A stretch of DNA of 64,000 bases, taken from NCBI RefSeq assembly GCF_037042905.1, contig NC_087245.1, positions 3,722,001 to 3,786,000 on the forward strand, given 5' to 3'. Both the position numbers and the translations under genes were made by a program. Origin of the DNA: Lytechinus pictus (Eukaryota). Shown here piece by piece: positions 55,201 through 64,000 of this stretch. The notes below the pieces were generated by a model. It saw nothing but the letters and a program-made list of their open reading frames with translations. It was not told where the DNA came from and ran no database searches. Position 1 is the first letter of the stretch; every line of letters begins with the position of its first letter.

Positions 55201-58200
55201 AAAAATTAGCGTATTTATTTGTGTTTGTAATTTCTTATGTATTTAGTTGTTTTTTCATCTCTTGTTTTTCATTTTTTTCAGTGGAAATTATTACAGACCA
55301 TTAACCGACTAAATTAAACCCTAAATTAATTAGGCAGACCAGTTATAATGAAAAATAGTCACCCTTTGTGAATTTCACCAAGTCATGTGGCGTCGTGATG
55401 CTGTAGCCGTACATCGCAAATTTGATCTCAAAAGTTGCGTGACACTTCATATGAAAAAGTTATAACGTTTTCTGCGCTTTCTTTTTGCATTAATTTATAG
55501 AAATATCATGCAATGCATTGAGAGGGGCATCATGGCAGCCCCCCATCATGCCCCCCCCCCATGGCCCCCGTCACATAAGGTTAACGCAAGAGCATGTTTA
55601 AGTTGTCTTGTAAAGTCGTGTAAATTTATGGACAATTTTGTGGAACAGCCCCCATATATATCTGTCAATGATGCATACAGAGTAATCTATGATAAAGAGT
55701 GATTAAGATCATACTTTATTCGTCACTACCTCTGAGACAGAATAGGGGTTCCTTTTTATTCCCTGCAGATGAATAAGCATTGTCCCTGTCAGTCTGATTA
55801 TCCCCCAAATGGTTTCTGCTCAATAACTTAGATGATATTGGATAGATTTAAACATTTTTTGTGTGAGTAAGGGTGTGTTCAATGTTGGTTTCCAAATTCA
55901 AACGGCACCATGAATCATGATTGAAAACATGGATATAATGAGAAACAAAGCCTGTGTTCAATGTCCTCCATTCCCGATCGTAAAAGTAAACGTCTTTCAA
56001 ATCATGATTCGGAGGAAAATTTAAATGTTGAAAAGATTTTCTTTTACGCGATCACTCCCAATTTTATGACCTTGAGCATCGCAAATGCGACATTGAACAC
56101 AATTGAGTTTTGAAACGTCTTTAAATTTGCTCTTGCAGTGGAAGCCTACACAAACAGGTGCCAGAACTGACCTTTCTTGGGATGGTTCAAACTGCGCACT
56201 AAAGCTGCGCTTACGGAAGCAGGAAATTTAAAGACAATCAACATTTAAACCCCTTTATATTTTGACGCTGCACCGCTGATCGTGTTTGTGATCAGTGTTT
56301 TCTAATTGAGTTTTCAATCATGATTCATGTTGCTGTTTAAATTTGAAAATCAACATTAAACACACCCAAAATGACACAAAAATGCAGATCAGGTTAAAAT
56401 TCAAAGACTGCAGTGAGAGGTTGCAGCTCATTATGTATTCAAGTTGGTTTCCAGATTTATGATAACTTGAAAATTATGATAATTTTTTATGAATGTCTGG
56501 TTTTAACAAGTGAAATTGGAAGTCACACCTTTTATATTTACGTCTTAGCTATTAACACTGTTTGGTTTTAGAATATTCTTGGTCTTTCTACATTAAAAAC
56601 ATAATGTATAAAGTGTGATATAAATGTAAATATTTCTATTATTTTTTACTTCCAGCTGCTACCGCCCTTGTTGAAGGCAAGTTAAGCAAAGGACTGAAAA
56701 AGATATTGAAGAAAGTGGTAGCCAAAGATGCTCAAGCAGAGCTTGCTGTCGCTGATGCCAAGCTTGGAAATATTATTAAGGTAAGCTTGTCACCATAGAC
56801 ACTTCATTCATGTAAATTGCCCTTGCTTTCATTCAATACAGGCATTCACATGAGGGAAAATATTGCAATCATTACCATTGTACTTCAATATTCACTGAGT
56901 ATTAGATGTGTAAATTAGTCAGGAATGTCCTAGGATGTGAGATAATCTTTTTTAGTTTTCATGATCATCAGTGGATAAAACAGATTTTGACAGAATTGAT
57001 TTTAATGCTGATGACAAAGCATTTATAGTGTACTTGATGACCAGTGTCTCTAAATGGTATATATAAAGTTATATATTATTAGCTCTCTCAAAAATTTAAT
57101 GACGTATTTGGGGAAGTTTTATTGACCTGATGATTGCTTTCAATTTGTTTCGAGATTGAATTTTGAATATACTGAGAACATTTTATGATAGCTTGATTTC
57201 ATGTAGTCCTATTGATGGATATTAAGTGCAATAAAATGCTGCTAAATGCATACATCTATTAGGACATTGTATGTTTTATTCTTTCATCGACAGAACGATT
57301 TAATATTTTTATTTTCTCATTGATGTCAGGATAAACTGAGCATGAGTTGCGTCCATAACTCTTCAATCCAAGAGCTGATGAGAGGGATCAGGTCCCAGTT
57401 TGATAGTTTGGTTCCTGGTCTACCTGGAAGAGAGATGACTGCTATGACATTGGGTCTAGCTCACAGGTTAGTTTATTAGTAGGACTAAGAACTGATGAGT
57501 GAGATCAGGTCCCAGTTTGATAGTTTGGTTCCTGGTTAAAAAAATGCATACAGGTGACTGATGTGACACTCTGTCTAGCTCACATGTTAGGTTATTAGTA
57601 GGACCAAGAGAAATACATTATGTAGTTACTGAAAAAAGGACTTGGTAAGTTTAGGTATTGTATCTAAAATTGATTTGGGAAAATTCCTTCTTTTTTCATC
57701 AACATGGGGCCGTAATAGGGTGACATTACATTTGCTCCGCCGGCAATTGCTCCATCTAAGATATAGGGTTAAAGGTAAATGCTAGTTTTGGTAACGATAT
57801 CAAAATGAGTTCATACAGAATCCAATGAAATGACCACCAAAGTGTCTGTTTGTATAAATAAAACGCATGTGCCAAAGGATTCTGGAAGAAATTGTGTAAT
57901 TGCTGAGAAATCAGCAAATAAGCACAGGATTCGGGTAGAGCGTCGGGCCCGACGCTCAAAGCAATAATTATACACTGTCCCACGTGCGCTTATCTGTGTT
58001 GGGGAAGTTCAGTCTGAACATTTTTCAGCGTAGATTTCAAGATTTCACAAAGTTCAGTTTATGTAACTGTACCAGATCTAGATCCTCGATGATATACTGA
58101 CAATTAAGCCTGGTTTTACAGACTTTCTCATGAAATCAGTGTTTACTGCAACTACTGGAATTTCTCTTTAACGTTAGGATTGCAATAGGGTTTTATGTTA

Positions 58201-61200
58201 GGTTTAGATTAAGGCTCAGATATGGTATAGAGTTAAATCCAGGGTTAAAGTTGGTCATTCCTTTTATGGAATTTACAGCGGAGCAATTGTTGCCGGAGCA
58301 AATGTTATGGAACCCATAATACAAAGCATAGTGATTGATCACACAGTTGATTTGTACATTTGATCTTACATAATGATCAATGTAATCAGTCATAAAAATC
58401 AGCCTTAGGACTTGTTCAAACCTAGCTGATACATCACATCATTATGAGAGCATATGATGTCTATAACGATAGCTAGGACTTGCACTCTCCTTGGGTTCAA
58501 AGTTCTGTCACCTGTGATAAAAGTCTAAATTGTTTACAGAGATACAAAAGATTGACTGTTGTGCTTCTTGCAACCAACAGATTCAAAAGGATTTGGTCCT
58601 TAAGCTCAATAAAATAATACTTGCTTGTCTATATAGTTTGGGGAACTAGGTGTATAAGACTGTTTTATGTAATGGGGGATTTCGTTTTAGATAATAGAAT
58701 CCCTTTTGTATATTACCTTTCAGTTTATCAAGGTACAAGTTAAAATTCAGCCCAGACAAAGTGGACACCATGATCGTTCAAGCCATATGTAAGTATGAAT
58801 GTTGCTATTGATAAGGGTCGGCATGTGACCTTACCTTAGGTTTATTTCCTGAGGATGTTTCACAAAGATTTAAGTATGACTTAAAGTCGCACTTAAATAT
58901 CTAGTTACATGCAGTACAAAAGGTATGACCGCATTGGTCAGATTATGCGAAGAAGATGTGCACTACTGCGTATTAATCAATAAGATTGCGTGTTGCATAT
59001 CATGTACGCATCAGCATTTGAGTGCGACCTAAGTCATACTTAAATCTTTGCAAAACACCTCTGTGGTCAATTAGCGGGAAATATAGATCCCTCCTCTTGT
59101 CTTTCAACACAAATATTGGACAATTTCTGGTCAGTGACAAAAAATGAGAAATGTACCAACCCTGCCATTATTGTAAAAGGAAATGAATGGTCAAAACCCC
59201 TTTGAGTTGTAAAGTTCACATTTTAAAAACCTTTCAATATTAAATCATATCTTGGTAGATTGTGTGACTGCATCCAATTTTATTAATTGAAATGAACATA
59301 CAAATAATACATATCAACCCTCTGTTAATATAGGATAGAGCTCTCTTGAAATACATGTGAAATTTTCCCTAATATGATTCTAAATGTCTCCTTTTTCCTT
59401 CCATTCACTTAGCACTATTGGATGACTTAGACAAAGAGCTGAATAATTATGTGATGAGATGCAGAGAATGGTATGGCTGGCATTTCCCAGAGCTTGGTAA
59501 AATCATCACAGACAATCTAGCATTTGCAAAGACAGTACTACATATGGGTAAGTTATTCAAGATCACTGACTTCACTAATGAGTCTCGAGATCAAAGAAGT
59601 GATCTTTATTTTCTGTAGCTAATTTTGTCATAAGTATAATGTATACTTAAGTAAGCTTCATATGAATATTGTTTCACTGTTGCACCTATATCATCACTTC
59701 TACAAGCAGCAACAATTCACATCGAAACATTTACTGCTAAGAGGCAACCTGTATTTAGTCTCAGATTGGTCTATTTTTTATTCTGTATTTATTATTATTC
59801 TGTATTATTTATTATTGGTTTTCTTTTTATAAATAAAGCCAAATTTGCCTGTCATGATGGCATGTCACAATGATATAATGTAAAAAAAAATGTTGGAGAT
59901 GTTTCATAAAGATTAATATTGATTGAAATCTGGGATTGTCTATGGGACGCCATTCATGTCCGGGTGTAAATTAAATAGACTGTGATTCCAAGTGTAGTGA
60001 GTGTCTGTAATGGCTTGGCATCTCTATTACTGTCACCACACATCCCCCTGACTAAGATTGCAAGGGTACTTTATCCTTTCCTCTGAAGGTGTGAGAACCA
60101 ATGCAGCTAAAACAGACTTCTCAGAAATCCTCCCTGAGGAACTTGAAGAGCAATTAAAATTGGCTGCTGAAATCTCCATGGGAACAGAAGTATCTCAAGA
60201 AGACATCCTAAACATAAAGTACCTATGTGAACAGGTGAGAAGACTAATTATCCCCTGGAATTTCAGGAATGTTGATATTCTGTATCTTGTCCCTCAAAGG
60301 TTACATTTGCAGATAAGGGACTAAGCCTACACATAAAGATGTGTCTAGTTTTTAGAGGAGTATACTTTATTATATGAAAGCCGTTTCTGTCAATGATGCA
60401 GATAGAATGTAGTAGTATGAGATCATGCTGATTATCACAAATTCTCTTTCGTCACTACCTCTGAGACAGAAATGGAAATTGAAAGTACTCTTCTCTTATG
60501 ATTTTTTTTTCTTTTAAGTTTAGCTTTTTAAACATATTCTTTGCCTTGTGACTTAACCCTTACTAGCTGGGGGGTACCAAAATATCCTGGCCTACTTGAG
60601 GTTAAATCCATTGTTACCATGTTGGAGACAGTAATTTGGTTGAGTTTTGAATTACTCCAGGACCCTGTTTGAATAAGAGTTGCGATCAATTCAGGCCAGT
60701 CATACATTTCAGTTTGATATCAACTCTTATATCTCAAGTACATGTCTGAGATTAAATGCATTCAAAGCCTCTTTCGGATGTGGCGAGACAAGGCTTAGCA
60801 AAATTTATATTGCAAGTTCAATTGGGTTTGAGGCATCAAAAGGTCGTCTGCCTCTCAATTGATATTCCTAATAAAGGTTAACATAAAATAAAGTCTGCTA
60901 AAAGTTGCAGAACTTTTGTGGACAAACTCATGGCATCATACTGAACTTATTATATATTACATGATGAGATCATTATGATGTGCATTGTTTTGTAACTTAG
61001 GACAATATGGGGGGGGGGGTCCTGTAGGATGTAATAGTCATTGATAAGCATAAATGAGGTGATCATCTTACTGAAAGTTTGCTCAACTTTGACCACATCT
61101 GGACGAGACTAAAGTTACAATTGATATGAATCAAGGTAGAGTCCCCATATGTTTGATCTGAAGAGTTATAGTCTTCTCCTGATCAAGAGTGCTAGAGATC

Positions 61201-64000
61201 AAATTGTTTTGAACTTGATGCAACACATTAGGGTACCTAGGCCTAGATGTAATATTTTCTGTAAGCCAATTTTGCTATTGATTGTGAAATTGGGAGTAGA
61301 AAAATATCTGAGATTATAGCTAACAGACAATGTTGCACAGGAGGCAAAAAATGCATAGATGCCCTTTGAAGCTAAGTAGCAGCCTCCCATTGTCTAACAA
61401 TGAGAAAATGCTTTCTGTATTGGCAAGGGAAAAACATCTACCCAAAATCACCTTCTTTTTTTAATTATCATTTAGTTCTTTTTTTTTGTCTACATCAAGG
61501 TGATTGAGATTACTGATTACAGGACACAGCTATATGACTACCTCAAGAACAGAATGGCTGCCATTGCACCTAACCTAACAACTATGGTAGGAGAGCTTGT
61601 TGGTGCTAGGTTGATATCACATGCAGGTCAGTTGCTCCATGAGGCTTGATTTTATAAACTGCTGTTTAATTCAATTTGTCTCATTCTATTGCTTTTAAAT
61701 GTAGCCCTATTCACCCCCAGGTCCTGCATGTATTAATGATGTCAATATTAAAATCATTGATTGATACACTGCTTTTTAATTAAAATATGTGGTGACGAGG
61801 AAGGGGTTCAAACACTCCTAGTGATCTTGGCCTTTATCTTTCTAAAATGTTGCATAAATTCAAAGTCATGTGCCTAATACATGTAAGTAAAATTTGAAGG
61901 GAAACACTGGAAACACAGGAAAGATGGTCAGATATTGGCTCTCACCACTGGTCTCATCCCTTTCTTTCTAATACTAGCTCAGCTTGTAATAATCTTGTGG
62001 TCCATAACTGCTTTACTAAACCCCATTTACTATTTGTAGAATTTTGGCAATATCATGTTGGTCTAGCACCACTACAGAATCAGACCGACTAGTATTAGAG
62101 AGAATAATTCTTTATTGAGCCTGTTTCATGTGTTTTTCTTTTTTCTCCAGGATCACTGATGAATCTTGCCAAGCAGCCTGCCTCTACGGTTCAGATCCTT
62201 GGTGCTGAGAAGGCCTTATTCAGAGCACTTAAGACCAAGAAAGACACACCCAAATATGGTCTTATCTATCATGCATCACTGGTTGGTCAAAGCAATCCTA
62301 AGAACAAAGGAAAGGTATGAATAATTAGCAATGTTATTACTCTTTGTTCATTGGGGTGGGGCAATTTCAATTTTGTACATCCGACACCCATTTTTTCCCA
62401 CTTTCACTTTGTGAACTACTCAATTCATGATACATGTAGAGCATTTAATCTCTTCATTTGAAGCACAAAGTGGAGATGAATCATTCCAGTAAGGTTTTGG
62501 ATCTAGATATTGTTAGGAATTGTTCTTGGAAATAAAATCAACTTTAATTATTGGAGTGTCACAGTACACTGCAGGCTCAGTTATAACATCCCATCTTGAT
62601 GAATGGGGAGCAAGGTTTTTATCCACTTTAATGCCAACTCCACTTCATCCTTGACTGAATGAAATAATTTCAGTTTTATTGTCCTTTATGATGAAAAAAC
62701 AGTGGATGCAGCATTCTTTGTGAGCTTAGTTTCAGAAATACTAACTAAGTTCGGTATGTATGTATATAGGTAGAGATAATAATAATGTAATAATAATATC
62801 GGCATATTTACCCAGGGTAGCCACTTCAGTTCCGAAAACTGTTCTCCCAGCGGGCCCTGCTATTATTATTACCCCGGCTTTACGGCTACCTTGATCGGCG
62901 CTCGAGCATTCGAGGAATTTCTTCCTACCGGGTACCCATTCACCTCACCTGGGTCGAGTGCGGCACAATGTGGATAATTTCTTGCCGAAGGAAATTACGC
63001 CATGGCTGGGATTCGAACCCATGACCCTCTGTTTCAAAGTCCGGAGACTAATCCACTGGGCCACAACGCTCCACCGCGTGACACCAGAGATATATATCGA
63101 TTTCACTTCTTTTTTTTTTCAACATATAGATGTCAAGAATGTTAGCAGCCAAGACGTCATTAGCAATCAGATATGATGCTTTAGGGGATGATGCAAGCTG
63201 TGAGCTAGGATTGGAGAGCAGAGCCAAGATTGAATCAAGATTAAGAAGCCTTGAACAAGGAGAAGTAAGTTCAGTTCATTCGTCAGAGAGTAGAATGTGT
63301 GAGAATTTGTGAAAAATGATGAAAGTTGTCAATTGTAGAAAAAATTGTTTTTAGGATAGAGACACCTTTGATCATGCAAAGAAATTTGTTCATGCCGCCC
63401 ATATTTAAATAAATACCCTCCCAAACTCACTGACACTAATTTGATAAAAACTATGGATTTGTACTCAAAGAAAATAATACAAATGATATACTAAACTCAA
63501 AGAACACTCTTACTGTGTATTTAGATCTATAGTTTAAAACATGTCTTATCTGAACTTTTCTTTGATTTTGTTCCATAAGCACACATAGACACATTAATGC
63601 ACTGTTATACATATGAACACAGTGTTTTTGCTATTAGATTTGTTTCCTGACAATGATGGTTTTGTCATAATCCCAGAAAGCTTTTTTTGTGCCTTTTCTG
63701 CCTATGATGTGAACTGTGTACAATCATGATTTGTCTGTGATTATTCTACACAACTTCGTCACTACCTCTGAGGCAGATATGAAGGTCACATAATAAACAA
63801 TTGCTCAAAAATAAATATTGGTCCATTGAATAAACATTCAGTTGATAGTAAATTTGTAGATCATGTCTATTTGAGTACCTTAATTTCAATCCCGACCCTC
63901 TCTTGGCCGTATATGCAAGTATTTGCGTATATTGTAGTTACCATTACCTTTCTTTCCCTGAGTTGTTATACCTCTGAATTCATTCTACTCCCAGGAAAGA
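44888..64000 (+). CDS. NOP58: Nucleolar protein 58 (box C/D snoRNP core protein), exons 1-11 plus the probable start of exon 12
   Basis: GT-AG exons: 44888-44932 ([15 protein letters not shown]), 53824-53900, 54653-54705 (FQDTTEALA), 56656-56780 (LAVADAKLG), 57330-57466 ([15 protein letters not shown]), 58724-58788 ([21 protein letters not shown]), 59413-59547 ([27 protein letters not shown]), 60089-60234 (AAEISMGTE), 61500-61626 ([24 protein letters not shown]), 62151-62314 ([30 protein letters not shown]), 63130-63264 (MSRMLAAK), probable exon start at about 63995. The WYGWHFPEL and KFSPDKVD motifs favour NOP58 over NOP56. Confidence 0.97.
45933..46081. mobile_element. Short MITE
   Basis: GGGGAGCGTTTCATGAA ... 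TTGATGAAATGGTCCCC termini; internal hairpin GGACTTGTCGGA/TCCGACAAGTCC. Confidence 0.55.
46148..47215. mobile_element. Tc1/mariner (pogo-like) MITE inserted in the putative Gypsy LTR
   Basis: TIR CCGTAAGTAACGGACTATAAACCGCACC/GGTGCGGTTAATAGACCGTTACTTACGG; TA TSD. Confidence 0.85.
48185..48223 (+). ncRNA. Minimal variant hammerhead-like motif in a short Penelope-like insertion (about 48175-48296), sense within NOP58 intron 1
   Basis: GCCT-CCGACGA-A-GATT(CTGCTAG)GATC-GAAA-GC-TT-AGGC: stem I GCCT/AGGC, palindromic AAGCTT stem III, core with a U4C change. The insertion is flanked by the direct repeat TTCATATAAAA (48164 and 48297). Confidence 0.55.
52541..52937. mobile_element. hAT-like MITE
   Basis: TIR CAGGGCGCTACATAA/TTATGTAGCACCCTG; repeated ACTTGCCC/GGGCAAGT subterminal motifs. 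No clear TSD. Confidence 0.7.
55661..55741 (+). ncRNA. SNORD70: Box C/D snoRNA, SNORD70-like (guide for the 18S Am512-equivalent), copy 1, NOP58 intron 3
   Basis: Terminal stem TCTGTC/GACAGA; box C ATGATGC at 55668; box D CTGA at 55732. The guide TTCGTCACTACCT is complementary to conserved 18S AGGUAGUGACGAA, and the D+5 rule gives the A of GGUAG. Vertebrate SNORD70 is also hosted in NOP58. Confidence 0.92.
55871..56367. mobile_element. Harbinger-like MITE with TIRs of about 55 bp
   Basis: GGGTGTGTTCAATGTTG..ATGAATCATGATTGAAAAC and GTTTTCAATCATGATTCAT..CAACATTAAACACACCC. Confidence 0.75.
57485..57603 (+). pseudogene. Degenerate tandem duplicate of the 3' part of NOP58 exon 5 and its donor site
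   Basis: Copy of 57368-57484 (identical GATCAGGTCCCAGTTTGATAGTTTGGTTCCTGGT) with an A-run insertion and no upstream acceptor. Confidence 0.8.
57718..58315. mobile_element. MITE containing a nested TTAA-TSD element (57773-58167)
   Basis: Outer TIR ACATTTGCTCCGCCGGCAATTGCTCC/GGAGCAATTGTTGCCGGAGCAAATGT; inner TTAA-AGGTAAATGCTAGT...ACTGGAATTTCTCT-TTAA. Confidence 0.7.
58851..59061. mobile_element. Palindromic MITE
   Basis: Inverted arms CAAAGATTTAAGTATGACTTAAAGTCGCACT and AGTGCGACCTAAGTCATACTTAAATCTTTG. Confidence 0.7.
60381..60475 (+). ncRNA. SNORD70: Box C/D snoRNA, SNORD70-like, copy 2, NOP58 intron 8
   Basis: 11-bp terminal stem CCGTTTCTGTC/GACAGAAATGG (one G-U pair); box C ATGATGC; guide TTTCGTCACTACCT followed by CTGA at 60461. 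Confidence 0.92.
62778..63072 (-). mobile_element. tRNA-derived SINE, copy 2 (same head and core, different tail)
   Basis: 62932-63072 is nearly identical to 8622-8764. The 3' tail differs and ends in (TTA)n. Confidence 0.85.
63697..63777 (+). ncRNA. SNORD70: Box C/D snoRNA, SNORD70-like, copy 3, NOP58 intron 11
   Basis: Stem TCTGCC/GGCAGA (compensatory change relative to copies 1 and 2); box C ATGATGT at 63704; guide TTCGTCACTACCT followed by CTGA at 63768. Confidence 0.9.

Noticed and set aside
54946..55580. piggyBac-like element (TTAA-CCC...AGG-TTAA)
   Set aside because: The terminal inverted repeats are too degenerate to support a call by eye.
57373..57500. CTGATGAG motifs as hammerhead cores
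   Set aside because: They are coding sequence (ELMR) and its duplicate, with no downstream GAAA core or stems.

Overview
AT-rich, intron-containing animal DNA. The repeat landscape and gene structures suggest an invertebrate deuterostome, probably a sea urchin (inference). It holds three protein-coding genes: (1) the 5' part of importin beta-1 (KPNB1), 12 coding exons on the minus strand (22397 down to 2235, continuing off the left edge); (2) a three-exon, about 761-aa type I membrane mucin-like gene on the plus strand (26622-36567), whose signal-peptide exon is absent from the ORF track; (3) the 5' part of NOP58 on the plus strand (44888 to window end), hosting three paralogous SNORD70-like box C/D snoRNAs in its introns. 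Introns and intergenic DNA are packed with mobile elements: a Tx1/L1-type LINE with intact ORF2 and a 14-bp TSD, an R4/Dong-type element inside a (TAA)n microsatellite, a decayed Gypsy element with a helix-hairpin-helix motif in gag, two tRNA-SINEs with different tails, and many nested MITEs. The most unusual observations are two minimal Penelope-type hammerhead ribozymes lying sense in intron 1 of KPNB1 and of NOP58, and a cluster of TAG...CTA double-palindrome units, some with 9-bp direct repeats, just upstream of NOP58 that resemble tyrosine-recombinase (attC-like) sites. All coordinates were read by eye; no database searches were run.
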